Shown: positions 37,681-50,763 of the stretch, piece by piece
Layout of the letters: the number at the start of each line of letters is the position of its first letter
Position numbering within the stretch: the first letter of the stretch is position 1
Made by a program: the position numbers and the translations under genes
From: Squalus acanthias
Lineage: Eukaryota
Direction of reading: 5' to 3'
Length of the DNA stretch: 64,000 nucleotides
Assembly (NCBI GenBank): GCA_030390025.1
Contig: CM059431.1
Location: forward strand, 102,178,001-102,242,000
Notes under the pieces: generated by a model
Databases searched by the model: none
Told to the model about the DNA's origin: nothing
Seen by the model: the letters and a program-made list of their open reading frames with translations, nothing else

Positions 37681-37929
37681 TTCTGAATCCTCTTCACTAG
37701 AAGACCTGTGGTGTTTACAGCGGGGAGTCAAGTTTCATAGACGGAGTGTCCTGGGTGGCAACACAGGCCTGGAGTTCCCGCACGGCTTCCGCCAAGTTCA
37801 AAGCTTAATCTGGGCCCAATCAGATCGCACAATTTTAAGCAAGCGAGTTGCGCCCATTACAACAACTGGCATATATATAAAAAACACCTTTAACATAGTA
37901 AGGCACTTCACAGGAGCGTTATCAGGCAA

Positions 37930-38337
37930 AAGAGAAGGTTGAGGGGTGATCTAATAGAGGTCTTTCAAATTATGAAAGGTTTTGATAGAGTGGATACAGA
38001 GAGAATGTTTCCACTTGTGGGGGAAGAGCATAACTAGAGGCCATCAATATAAGATAGTCACCAAGAAATCCAATCGGGAATTCAGGAGAAACCTCTTTAC
38101 CCAAGAGAGTGGAGAGAATGTGGAACTCGCTACCACAGGGAGTGGTTGAGGCGAATAGTATAGATGCATTTAAGGGGAGGCTGGACAAGCATATGAGGGA
38201 GAAGGGACCAGAGGGTTATGCTGATAGAGTTAGATGAGGAAAGACGGGAGGAGGCTCGAGTGAAGCATAAATGCCCCATGGACTGTTTGGGCCGAATGGC
38301 CTGTTTCTGTGCCGTATATCCCATGTAATCCTGTGTA
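37930..38337 (+). mobile_element. CR1 3' fragment (same subfamily) splitting an L2 tail (37865-37925 and 38338-38548)
   Basis: L2 sequence ...atcaggcaaaa / aaatttgacaccgagcc resumes after the CR1. Confidence 0.8.
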
Positions 38338-38725
38338 AAATTTGACACCGAGCCACATAAGGAGATATTAGGGACAGGTGACCAAAAGCTTGGTCAAAGC
38401 GGTAGGTTTTAAGGAGCGTCTTAAAGGAGAGAGAGAGGCGGAGTGATGGAGAGGTTTAAGCAGGGAATTCCAGGCTGAAGGCAAGGCCGCCAATGGTGGA
38501 GCGATGAAAATCGGGGATGTGCAAGAGGCTAAAATTGGAGAAGCGCATTGCACAATGAGCTGCAATGATCACCATCAATTCCCTCTTTCATTGCCTCTAC
38601 TTCCTCCCCCTCCCCGCCACTGAAATCGGGTGTTAAAAACACAATTAATGGGGAGTCTTTTTGACCTAGATTTGAAAAGGTGTTCTGACCACAACACCGT
38701 AGAGAGCAGCTACTTGAAGACTTAC

Positions 38726-38840
38726 ACATGCCTGCGGTGAAACTCCGTTATCTTGTCCTCCAGTGCCTCTTGGCGAGGTATGTACTTGTTTTTCTCTAAA
38801 TGCTCGCGGATAACAGCTTCATCATAATCCCCAATTTCCG
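38726..38840 (-). CDS. FARP1: FARP1 coding exon (approx. exon 7): SEIGDYDEAVIREHLEKNKYIPRQEALEDKITEFHRRHV
   Basis: cattgcag| acceptor, |gtaagt donor, 115 nt, phase 1-2; translated by hand. Confidence 0.93.
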
Positions 38841-38899
38841 CTGCAATGAATCAGAGAAGCTGTCGTTAACTCAGTCACTTCATAAAATCACTCACACAA

Positions 38900-39490
38900 A
38901 CAACAACAACAACAACTTGTATTTATATAGCGCCTTTAACGTAGTAAAACGTCCCAAGACAGGAGTATTATAAGACAAAAAATTTGACACCTGAGCCACA
39001 TCAGGAGATATTAGGGCAGGTGACCAAAAGCTGGTCAAAGAGGTAGGTTTTAAGGAGCGTCTTAAAGGAGGAACATAACATAAGAACATAAGAAGTAGGA
39101 GCAGGAGTAGGCCATATGGCCCCTCGGGCCTGTTCCGCCATTCAATAGGATCATGGCTGATCCGAACCTAGACTCACGTCCACTTCCCTGCCCGCTCCCC
39201 ATAACCCTTAATTCCTTATCAGCTAGGAAAGAGAGGTAGTGAGGCGGAGAGGTTTAGGGGGGGAATTCCAGAGCTTAGGGCCCAGGCAACAGAAGGCACG
39301 GCGACCAAAGGTTGAGCGATTATAATCAGGGATGCTCAAGAGGGCAGAATTAGAGGAGCGCAGATATCTCGGGGGGTTGTGGGGCTGGAGGAGATTACAG
39401 AGATAGGGAGGGACGAGGCCATGGAGGGATTTGAAAACAAGGATGAGAATTTTGAAATCAAGGCGCTGCTTAACCGGGAGCCAATGTAGG
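38900..39490 (-). mobile_element. L2 3' fragment interrupted by a CR1 3' tail (about 39073-39222)
   Basis: L2 ...cttaaaggaggaa / aggaaagagagg continues across the insert. Confidence 0.8.
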
Positions 39491-40338
39491 ATCAGTGAGT
39501 ACAGGGACCTTGCAATTTTTCCATCCCCCCACCCCCCGCGCCACCCCACAATTTTTAGTTGAAACATCTGCCATCTCTTGACCCAGGCAGCGGATTTAGA
39601 CAAGATTCACGCAATCCCAACCCAGCTTAACTTGTAAAGTCATCTTCACCAACTTCTGGTGTTGCTGCTGCTGGTGGTGGTGTCCAAGTTGGGAGAGCTG
39701 TTCTGCACACTAACTGAGTTAACAGCCTGGTGCAGTTGTAATCACAAGAGTCATATCGATCAGCGAGTAGAATCTTACAGCACAGGGGGCAGCCATTCGG
39801 CCCATCGAGCCTGAGCTGGCTCTTTGAAAGAGCCGTCCAATTCGAAGGAATCGAAGACAATGAGAAAAGAATAGATGAGTATACGCAAGGATTAGCGTTG
39901 GATGAAGTATGGCAGGAGGAGGCTCATGTGGAGCACAAAAAGAAAGTCTTGCATTTCTATAGCGCCTTTCACGACCACCGGACATCCCAAAGTGCTTTAC
40001 AGCCAATTAAATACTTTTTGAAGTGTGGTCACTGTAGTAATGTAGGAAACGCGGCAGCCAGTTTGCACACAGCAAGCTCCCACAAACAGCAATGTGATAA
40101 TAACCAGATAATCTGTTTTAGTGATGTTGGTTGAGAGATAAATATTGGCCCCAGGACACCAGGGAGAACTCCCCTGCTCCTCTTCAAAATAGTGCTGTGG
40201 GATCTTTTACATCCACCTGAGAGAGCAGACGGGGGCCTCGGTTTAACATCTCATCCGAAAGACGGGACCTCCGACAGCGCGGCGCTCCCTCAGTACTGCC
40301 CCTCCGACAGTGCAACGCTCCCTCACTACTGCACTGGA

Positions 40339-41162
40339 GGGGGCGATTTTGTCAATGGGGACGTGTTGGAGGTGGGACTGCCGCTTGTCGGGTCGATGTC
40401 CCGTCTCCATCGATTTGTGGCCAACCCACGCTATTTTCCCTTGATTGACCTTGTTAAGCCCGCCCAGCGGGCTTAGCAGGCCAATTAAGGGAAAGCCGGT
40501 TACAGAGAACGTCAAAATTTTTTGACAGATGAATTGTCATCGTTTGACAACTCTGTGAAGCTGTCAAACACTGACATTCTCTGTTGTTTGATGAGCCCTT
40601 GTATTCAAGACTCATCAAACCTCTTTTGTGAGCAGAAATTAGATAGTTGTTGCATCGGAGAATGCAGCAGCCATCTGTCATCTCTGCCAGTGAGATGTGA
40701 GACTCTTTGCATCCCCAACTGTTGAAGCCTACAGGAAGAAACAAAGGTAAGGAAACATTTTCTATCACTTTCCACTTACCTCACATACTCACCTCTCCAC
40801 ACTTGCAACCATCACTCACCTCCACAGCGCACTTTTGGACCCCTCCGACCCCCGCAGACCCACTGCTCGCCTCGGTGACCCTGGCGGGGTTTCCCGACGT
40901 CGGGAAGCCCGCGCCTCTGTTGGAAAAATGGGGATAATCCGCTTAACTACCTGTTAACTACCTGTTAACAGGCAGTTAAGTGGCTGTAATCCCCTTCCCG
41001 CCTCCAGGAGATGGGACCTGGCACGGGTCGGCTAACCGCCTCTTGGGAAGATGGCACGGAGGCGGGTTGGGGGCGGGATGGGCACCCGCCCCCAGATTCT
41101 GCCATTTTCCCGGCAGTCCTGCCTCCAAACCCTGCCTCCCCAGGGCTGGCAAGATCGCGCCC
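40339..41162. mobile_element. PIF/Harbinger non-autonomous element A
   Basis: TIR gggggcgattttg / caagatcgcgccc (11 of 13 match), 3-bp TSD gga/gga. Confidence 0.8.
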
Positions 41163-41191
41163 GGAGTGTCAGACTAGATTTTTGTGCTCAG

Positions 41192-42401
41192 GGGGGCGAT
41201 TTTCCCACTGGAAGCGGTTTCGGTTTGGGTGGCTTTGAAAGCCGCCTCCACTGATAGTTTTCAAAAAATTGCGATTTTCCCATGATTGGCCGTTTGATTT
41301 CAGAGGTGTGGGATGCCCTTGGTCAATTAGTGTTTTGGGACTGAAACCCGCCTCTGTTGACAGCATTTTTCCAGTCTGATTTTATGGCTTCTTGCTCCCT
41401 TGGCTCATTCCACAGCATTTCTGCCTATGCTGCATCATCTGCAACATATTTTGAGAAACCACACTGTCCAATTCCAAGGCAAGGGCCTCCCCGAGGCTCT
41501 CGGATGAGGCGCTGCAAAAGTTGTTTGAGGGGGTGACAGCTAGCATGGAGGTGCTCTTCCACTTATCTGGGAGGAAGAGGCCTGCCAAAGAAACCAAGGC
41601 TGTGTGGGTCCAGCTGGCAAGGAATATAAGCTCCAGATCTGTGTGCAGATTGGGAGAATGTTTATGTGTATTGATGAAATGCCATCCCTGTTGGAAAGCA
41701 TTAAAATGATTTGATGCCAAAATGTTGGCGTTATGGCATCTGTTCTTTCGCCTTAGGCAGCTCCACATTGCGGGCTCCGCCACACTTGCATTGTCAGGTT
41801 GGTGGCCAGAGTGAAAGGAGGCCAGAGAGTCATGTCCATTGTCAATGATGTCCTAGGATGGAGCCAAGGACATGTGCCAACTTGGGCAACCTATGCAAAT
41901 CTGGCCAGGATAAGTTCATCCCTTGCATCCCGGGCAGCCATGTGCTCGCGTGCTGCCGCTGCTGCTGGTCGATACACCGGCGCTCTGACCTCCTCTTGCT
42001 CCTCCTCCTGCTCCTCCTCCTCATCTAAGGTCCATGGTGAAAGAAAATGAATGGTTCCCATGCTGCTTGCAGATGCCTCCGTTGGGGAAGCGCTCATTGC
42101 AAGCGGGGAGAGGGTCTTCCAAGGAGGTCCCACAGTTGATAGATTCAAGCTGCAGCACCTCCGACTTCGGAAGGCCTTCTAAAAGTGCTCAAAGACCTTT
42201 TAAAGCAAAGTTCTGTCACCTGCAATTAATCCCTGATGAAATCTCCGATTTAATGTTTGAGCTGCAGCTGTGAGGAGACCACCCACTTGTCAACCCGCCA
42301 GGTTCAGCTGGCGTGGTTTAGGAGGGTCGTGGAACACGCCGAAATGGTCGAAAAATAACAAGGGCCTTTCCCGCCCCCAAAGGCCTCAGAAAATCGCCCC
42401 C
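41192..42401. mobile_element. PIF/Harbinger deletion derivative B with Myb/SANT-like and nuclease C-terminal remnants
   Basis: Perfect TIR gggggcgattttc/gaaaatcgccccc. Plus strand PRLSDEALQKLFEGVTASMEVLF..GRKRPAKETKAVWVQLARNISSRS; minus strand acidic run then AARDARDELILARF*. Confidence 0.78.
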
Positions 42402-42694
42402 CAAGTCTCTGGGGTGGGACTTGAACCCACAACCTTCTGACTCAGAGGCGAGTGTGCTATCCACTGAGCCACAGCTGACACCAGCACAGACCAGCTGGGC
42501 CGAAAGGCCTGTGTCTGTGCTGTGAGCTCTATGTGACTCCTCCTTCTGGCACTATAAAGAATCACCACTAATGCACACGTGTGAAGTCCTGCACACGTGC
42601 AGAAGTAAATCCTCGGGATAAAGTAATGGAAGGGGACTTTGAACAGTCTGCCACCCGAAACCCAGACGAGAGCATCTGCGTAAAGTGCACTCAC

Positions 42695-42792
42695 ACTGGA
42701 CGATATGAGACACCAGGAGCGCCGCACTTGTATCATTGCAGGTCATCCTCCCCGAAGCGAGGTCCTGCTTGATCTGCAGGGCAAAGAGGTAC
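42695..42792 (-). CDS. FARP1: FARP1 coding exon (approx. exon 6): [32 protein letters not shown]
   Basis: ttttgcag| acceptor, |gtgagt donor, 98 nt; FERM central lobe. Confidence 0.94.
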
Positions 42793-42874
42793 CTGCAAAA
42801 TACAAAAATATCCAAATCAGTCGTCTCACTAACAATGAGGCAAAGGTTATGCATTACACAGCCGATGTACACAG

Positions 42875-43390
42875 AACCCTACAGCACAGGAGGAGGCCAT
42901 TCGGCCCATCGTGCCTGTGCCGGCTCTTTGAAAGAGCTCTCCAATTAGACCCACTCTCCCCCTGCTCTTTCCCCACAGCCTACAGTATAACAGTGACTAC
43001 ACTTCAAAAAGTACTTCATTGGCTGTAAAGTGCTTTGGGACGTCCGGTGGTCGTGAAAGGCGCTGTAGAAATGCAAGTCTTTCTTTTTAGCCCCTGCAAA
43101 TTTTTCCTTTTCAAGTATTTATCCAATTCACTTTTGAAAGTTACTATTGAATCTGCTTCCACCGCCCTTTCAGGCAGCGCATTCCAGATCACAACAACTC
43201 GCTGCATAAAAAAGATTCTCATCTCCCCCTCTGGTTCTTTTGCCAATTACCTTAAATCTGTGTCCTCTGGTTACCGACCCTCCTGCCAGTGGAAACAGTT
43301 TCTCCTTCTTTACTCGAACAAAACCATTCATGATTTTAAACGCCTCTATTAAATCTCCTCCTTAACCTTCTCTGCTCGAAGGAGAACAAA
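42875..43390 (-). mobile_element. CR1 3' end interrupted by a plus-strand Deu-SINE tail (about 42981-43088)
   Basis: CR1 ...ccccacagcc / agcccctgcaaa resumes after the SINE tail. Confidence 0.78.
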
Positions 43391-44089
43391 ACCCTTCATT
43401 CATTTAACTATATCTGCGATGCTATTCTGCCGGTCAGCTTTACGAATGGATCTTTTGGCGTCTCAGTCCTGCGTTGCTCATCCTGGTCCTTTGGGGTTGT
43501 CAACTCTGATTGGAGGTTTCATCACATGACCACCTGCTTCCAACCGCTCCCAACCATTGGTCGCCCGACACGTCCACTCTCGCCTCAGCCAATCGGAAAG
43601 CGAACAGACTCTTCATTACCCGATTGGATGCTTCAGTCAAACAGCCATTTCCTCCCATCTCCAATATTTTTTTAAATCACTAACTAAAAAATTAATGCCC
43701 CTATTATTTTTCTTCTGGGTTGCATGCAGCACTGCCCTGGAGATTTACTCTAATTCATGGAGGGTTGGCAATCCAATGGCATTGCCGTGTTGTTGTTGGA
43801 TAGAAATAAACTTTCAATGGATAGAATTCTTAGCAAAAGCCTACACCCTATAAAATCAATTAAAAGCCAACCCCCCCCGTGCTCCTACAGTCAACTTCAA
43901 TGAAAGGGGAGGCACATCACAACTGCAGTCGAAGTAAGGTCTTTTAACAGTAGGAATTGCCGGAGTAATTCCCCTCAGCATTTTCAAGCAACTTTGCAAA
44001 TCATCATTATTTAATACAAGTTATCTATCTTCTCCAATGAGTCACTGGGTAAAGCCAATGTGTAACTGAGCCTCACTAACCAGAAAAGA

Positions 44090-45322
44090 ACAGCTTGTAT
44101 TTATACAGCGCCTTTAACGTAGTACAACGTCCCAAGGAGATTCACAGGAGCGATTATCAAACAAAATTTGACACCGAGCCACGTAAGGAGATAATAGGAC
44201 AGATGGTCAAAGAGGTCGGTTTTAAGGAGCGTCTTAAAGGAGAAGAGAGAGGTAGAGAGGCGGAGAGGTTTAGGGAGGGAATTCCAGAGCTTAGGGCCTC
44301 GGCAGCTGAAGGCACGGCCGCCAATGGCAGAGCGATTAAAACCAGGGATGCGCAAGAGGCCAGAATTGGAGGAGGTTACAGAGATCTCGAAGGGTTGAGG
44401 GGCTGGAGGAGATTTCAGAGATAGGGAGGGGCGAGGCCACGGAGAGACTTGAAAACAAGGATGCAAATTTTGAATTTGAGGTGTTGTCGGACCAAATTGA
44501 ATCAAGTTCCCAATTCCTAATGGGCCCACACTAATTGGCAATGTCTGTTAGAGAGGTTGGGTGAAAATGGAACAAATTTCATATTGGTGCAGTAGGGGGC
44601 CCTCTTCTGAGGATTCCAATGCTCTCCTGGCCGGCCTCCCATCTTCCACCCTCCATAAACTTAAGGTCATCCAAAACTCTGCTGCCCGTGTCCTAACTCG
44701 CACCAAGTCCTGTTCACCCCTGTGCTCGCTGACCTGCATTGGCTCCAGGTTAAACAATGGCTCGAATTTAAAATTCTCATCCTTGTTTTCAAAACCCTCC
44801 ATGGCCTTGCCCCTCCTTATCTCTGTAATCTTCTCCAGCCCCACAACCAACGTTACCCCTAATGTCTTTTATTGGTTGTGTGGCCCCGTCACAGTCTCGT
44901 GCATGCACGCAACTTAACATTGGAAAAGCTGGTCTTGGGCTAAGCGGGCCCGACAGAGAGCCGCGCAGTCACACAGCTTAGAGGAAACATTGCTGAGAAC
45001 CCTCCCAGATCTCTGCGCTCCTCCATTTCTGGCCTCTTGCGCATCCCCGATTTTCATCGCTCCACCATTGGCGGCTGTACCTTCAGCTGTCGAGGGCCTA
45101 AGCTCTGGAATTCCCTCCCTAAACCTCTCCGCCTCTCTACCTCTCCCTCCTCCTTTAAGACGCTCCTTAAAACCTGCCTCTTTGACCAAGCTTTTGGTCA
45201 CCTGTCCCTAATATCTCCTTCTGTGGCTCGGTGTCAAGTTTTGTCCGATAATCGCTCCTGTGAGGCGCCTTGGGATGTTTTACTGTGTTAAAGGCGCTGT
45301 ATAAATGCAAGTTGTTGTTGCT
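44090..45322. mobile_element. Cluster of L2 3' fragments (44090-44492 minus; 44613-44850 and 44998-45322 plus)
   Basis: L2 family sequence and tails. Confidence 0.82.
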
Positions 45323-45724
45323 GTTCGAGCAGAGTAGAGGTAGCTTTATTCTGTATCTAGCCGTGCTCGACATAACCTTGGAGTGTTTGATGATAACACA
45401 GGGTGCCTGAAATGGGAAGAGTTCCATTCACCATCATTAACGTCCCTCATCTTGGAAGAGCGCAAAAATGAAGAAATGTGTTAGAAATTATTTCCGAATT
45501 TTTTCTGCTCCTGGTATTCACCACACGTAATGTCATTGCTAGAAATACAGACTGCCGGGACCACTGACAGATCAGAGCAGCAAGTATTCGCAGTATTGAC
45601 CATTAAACCATCATTAGAAATTAGGGCATCTGTTCATCAATGGCTCAGAATTAGCCACCAATTTCTCTACTCCACACCACAGCTTCGATTGGCTATTGAT
45701 GTGTTGGACCCACATATTTTTTTT

Positions 45725-46316
45725 TATACATTCTTGGGATGTGGGCGTCGCTGGCAAGGCCCAGCATTTATTGCCCATCCCTAATTGCCCTTGAGAAGGT
45801 GGTGGTGAGCCACCTTCTTGAACCGCTGCAGTCCGTGTGGTGAAGGTGCTGCCACGGTGCTGTTAGGGAGGGAGTTCCGGGATTTTGACCCAGCGACGAT
45901 GAAGGAACGGCCGATATATTTCCAAGTCAGGATGGTGTGTGACTTGGAGGGGAACTTGGAGGTGGTGGTGTTCCCATGCGCCTGCTGCCCTTGTCCTTCT
46001 AGGTGGAAGAGGTCGCGGGTTTGGGAGGTGCTGCCGAAGAAGCCTTGGCGAGTTGCTGCAGTGCATCTTGTAGATGGTACACACTGCAGCCACGGTGCAC
46101 CGGTGGTGGAGGGAGTGGACGTTTAAGGTGGTGGACGGGGTGCCGATCAAGCGGGCTGTTTTGTCCTAGATGGTGTCGAGCTTCTTGAGTGTTGTTGGAG
46201 CTGCACTCATCCAGGCAAGTGGAGAGTATTCCCTCACACTCCTTACTTGTGCCTTGTAGATGGTGGAAAGACTTTGGGGAGTCAGGGGGTGAGTCACTCG
46301 CCACAGAATACCTAGC
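45725..46316 (-). mobile_element. 3' fragment of a second CR1-clade LINE (tail gggcaattagggatgggcaataaatgctg)
   Basis: HSLHHRCTVAAVCTIYKMHCSNSPRLLRQHLP; another copy at 49610-49905 (+). Confidence 0.75.
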
Positions 46317-47031
46317 AGTGAAGGTGCTCAGTCCAGTGGCACAGACACTCCCCATGGAGCAACTTCAACCACAGGAGATGTTCACTTTGGAGTTGCACCT
46401 CTAGGGTCAGGTTTAAAAAAAAATGCTACACTCGGCTAAAAACAAAACTCTGCCTGTTTTGGTTCAATAGAGAAATTATTAGCCTTGGGCTCACAGACCA
46501 ATGTTAACTTTGAAACAAAACGAGGGTGGTGGAGGCAGACTCAATCGTGGCTTCCAGAAAGGGAATTGGATAAGTGCCTGAAAGAATTTTTTTTTTGCAG
46601 GGCTACGGGGAAAGGGTGGGGGAGTGGGACGAGCTGAAGTGCTCTTGCAGAGAGCCGGCACAGGCTCGACGGGCCGAATGGCCTCCTTCTGTGCTGTAAC
46701 CATTCTAAAACCAACCACTTATTTCTGTGATATTCATTGGATGGGAATGTGACCTGCATTTCAAACCTTTCAAAAATAGTCCTCACTTAAACCTTTTGAT
46801 TCTACAGCAATATGAATCTTCGGTCTCTCTCACAGTGGAGGGTAGCAGTGCTGGAGATAGATCAAACACTTGCCTCTTGGGCTGCATTGAGGATTGCCAA
46901 TCCCCAGGACACTGCTGGGTGCAAACCCGGGAGAAAAATCATAGGGGCATTAAAAAATATATTTTTCTTCCATTTTCTTTGAATACTTCCATTTATTAAT
47001 TATAACAATACCGGAGATGTTGAAAAAGATA

Positions 47032-47625
<594 letters not shown>

Positions 47626-48777
47626 CTATAAAGGCCGTTTGATTGACAGTCGAGAATCGTCAGATCTGAGTTTTTTCGCTTCCGATTGGCCGTGGGAAGG
47701 CGGGGCACCGTGAGGTGGGACATGGTGGGCGACCAATGGCGGGGGGGCAGTAGGCGGCAGGAGGTCATGTGATGAAACCTCCAGGAATATGTTCCACCAG
47801 AGTTGGCAACACTAGCTGCATTTGAAGTCAAATTCTTTAGCTAAAAAGCACCATGTGACAGCTCATCTGCTGGATAACTAATTTTCTTTCTGTAAACGGC
47901 AGTGGAGTTTCCCCAAGTTCCTCCTTAGTGACAATATCCTGCCACATCTCTGCAATAATATTTGTTTCTATAAGCTGCTTTGAAATGTTTATATGATATA
48001 GTGTTAAGAGATATGTTAAGGCAAATCCTACAAAGCTGATTTTGTTGAGTCAGGGAAAAGAAAAAAAAAGTGTTTTTTTTCCCTTCCCTGTGGAAAAGTC
48101 CGATCTCAAAACGGATTCAAAGTTGGACAAAAGCAGGCGATGAAAGAAGCAGGGAACTGTAGACGGAGGGATCCGCATCAGTGCCAAAGTGAAACGCTGG
48201 CACAAGCAGTAGAACCGTCAAAACCCGCCACAAAGCTGATCTTGCCTTGTTCATGCAGACAAAGCCCAGAATTATCTTCCTAAACCCTAAGCCTCACCAG
48301 CAGCTGATCACAGGAAAACAAATCCCAGCAGCACAACTTCAGTTAAGAATAATACAGATCTTGTCAGGGGAACCGATGTGAGCGCAACAGGTAAGGCAGC
48401 ATTTCGATCCTCGGTGGGCTTCGTGTAACAGCTGGGATAAAGTGACACCACAAATCCTGGCCGGAATGGGGAGCAGGGTAATTCCCCCGTCAACCGCGCC
48501 TGGAGAACGCACTGCTGCAAGTGACTGGGATCGATTTTACGCGCATAATTTGTATTCATTAACTATCCTCAACTCACTGCATTTTGCTGGAGAAATAAGC
48601 CTGCTCTTATCGGGAGACTTTGCTGTAGTTTCGGTCATGAGTTCTGTTGCTTGCTGAGTAAATAAGACTCCCAATTACCCAATCATCTCCATCCTGGCCG
48701 GGATTTGTGGTGTCACTAGACGCAGCCATGAGTGTGGCTCCCTGTTGGGAAATTGGGATTGCTGAACTTACTTAGGA

Positions 48778-49212
48778 GTACGGCAGCATCGTGGTTATGT
48801 TACTGGATTATTAATCCAGAGGCCTGGACTAATGATGAGGAGACATGAGTTCAAATCAAATGTAAATTTAAATTTACATTCAGTTAATTAAATAAATCTG
48901 GAATAAAAAAGCTAGTATCAGTAATGGTGACCATGAAACTACCAGATTGTCGTAAAAACCCATCTGGTTCACTATTGTCCTTAAGGGAAGGAAATCTACA
49001 GTCCTTACCCGGTCTGGCCTCTATGTGACTCCAGATCCACAGCAATGTGGTTGACTCTTAACTGCCCTCTGAAATGGCCGAGCGAGTCACTCAGTATCAA
49101 AACGCTACAAGAAACTATAATAAGACCTTCACCACACGGACTGCAGCGGTTCAAGAAGGCGGCCCACCACCACATTCTCGAGGGCAATTAGGGATGGGCA
49201 ATAAATGCTGGT
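48778..49212 (+). mobile_element. tRNA-headed MER131/MetaSINE-like SINE
   Basis: aaaacccatctggttcact...agggaaggaaat...ccttacccggtctggcct...gtgactccag core; 3' tail shared with the LINE at 45725; second copy at 55115-55490 (-). Confidence 0.65.
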
Positions 49213-49299
49213 CATAAATATTAAAAAAACTTACATTTTCTCTAGGTCCATAATGAAAAGCCTTGAGCGTAAGGAATTTCCCACCCGAGTACAAGGTTA

Positions 49300-49560
49300 A
49301 CGTTGACTCTGACAAAGATATACACCTGGAAGGTGAACGCCTGCAAACTGTGCATTCTATCACCTACTTAAGGCAGTGCTGTGCAAGACAATGGAGACGG
49401 CAGGTCGGAGGTCAAAGCTCACATCAGAGCTTCTCAACCACTTCACTCAATCTGGAAATCAACTTGATCGGAGAGATAAACTAAGGTTGAGAATATTTAA
49501 GCACAGAGTGCTGGCTGTGCTCATCCATGGATCAGGGTGGTCCACATGGATGCTCATAGT
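49300..49560 (+). mobile_element. Highly decayed RTE-clade LINE RT fragment
   Basis: IHLEGERLQTVHSITYL and KLRLRIFKHRVLAVLIHGS..TW resemble RTE-type LE-V-F-YLGS and TKLRIF...LLYGCETW motifs. Confidence 0.5.
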
Positions 49561-50255
49561 GTAGGGAGTTCCCGCCCCCTATTATCCCACTGGCCACAGT
49601 ACATAGGAAGCACCTCCCAAACCCGCGACCTCTACCACCTAGAAGGACAAGGGCAGCAGGCGCATGGGAACACCACCACCTCCAAGTTCCCCTCCAAGTC
49701 ACACACCATCCTGACTTGGAAATATATCGGCCGATCCTTCATCGTCGCTGGGTCAAAATCCTGGAACTCCCTCCCTAACCATTGTGGGAGTACCTTCACC
49801 ACACAGACTGCAGTGGTTCAAGAAGGCGGCTCACCACCACCTTCTCGAGGGCAACGAGGGATGGGCAATAAATGCCGGCCTTGCCAGCGACGCCCAGATC
49901 CCATAAAAACAAATTTTAAAAAAGAAACATAGGAACAGGAGGAGGCCATTCAGCCCCTCGAGCCGGTTCCGCCATTCAATGAGATCATGGCTGGTCCGTA
50001 TCTCGACTCCATCTGCCCGCCTTAGTTCCGTCATCCCTAATACCCTTGCCTAACGAAAACAGGGAGTCCCCGCCCCACTGGCCCCACTGGCTCCACTCCC
50101 AACTCTGCCTTCCCCCCGAAACGCCCGCACGCGGTCAGGACCCGGCATGTCGAGGCCTCGGCCTAATTTCCAGCTCTTCCACCGCACTCCCGCCGAAGCC
50201 ACAGCCACGGAACATCGGCCCCAAAGGTTCAGAGGAGAAAACGCACAGCACCAAC

Positions 50256-50334
50256 CTCGTTAGCTCTTCTTGCAGCTGTGCATGGTCAGGCGGGAAGAAC
50301 TTCACAACGAATCTCATCACAACGTGCCTCGGTC
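50256..50334 (-). CDS. FARP1: FARP1 coding exon (approx. exon 5): RPRHVVMRFVVKFFPPDHAQLQEELTR
   Basis: tttctcag| acceptor, |gttggt donor, 79 nt; VKFFPPDH-QLQEELTR is FARP1-like. Confidence 0.93.
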
Positions 50335-50371
50335 CTGAGAAAAACATTTTGATTCTTTTTTTAAAAAATAG

Positions 50372-50763
50372 GAAAGAAAGACTTGCATTTTTTACAGCGC
50401 CTTTCACGACCACCGGACGTCTGAAAGCGCTTTTGAAGTGTAGTCACTGTTGTAATGTGGGAAACGTAGCAGCCAATTTGCGCACAGCAAGCTCCCACAA
50501 ACAGCAATGTGATAATGACCAGATCATCTGTTTTTTTTAGTGATGTTGATTGAAGGATAAATATTGGCCAGAACTCCCCTGCTCTTCTTCAAAATAGTGG
50601 CCATGGGATCTTTTACGTCCACCTGAGAGGGCAGACGGGACCTCGGTTTAACGTCTCATCCGAAAGACGGCACCTCCGACAGCGCAGCACTCCCTCACTG
50701 GAGAGGGCCTTGAACTCTCAACCTTCTGAGGTGAGAATGCCACCCACTGAGCCACGGCTGACA
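50372..50763 (-). mobile_element. Deu-SINE ending about 40 nt upstream of the exon-5 acceptor
   Basis: Family match; its T-rich tail runs into the polypyrimidine tract. Confidence 0.8.

Larger units (their letters stand above)
39940..42480 (-). mobile_element. Deu-SINE split into three pieces by two DNA-transposon insertions
   Basis: SINE pieces at 39940-40338, 41163-41190 and 42402-42480 join collinearly. Confidence 0.85.
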
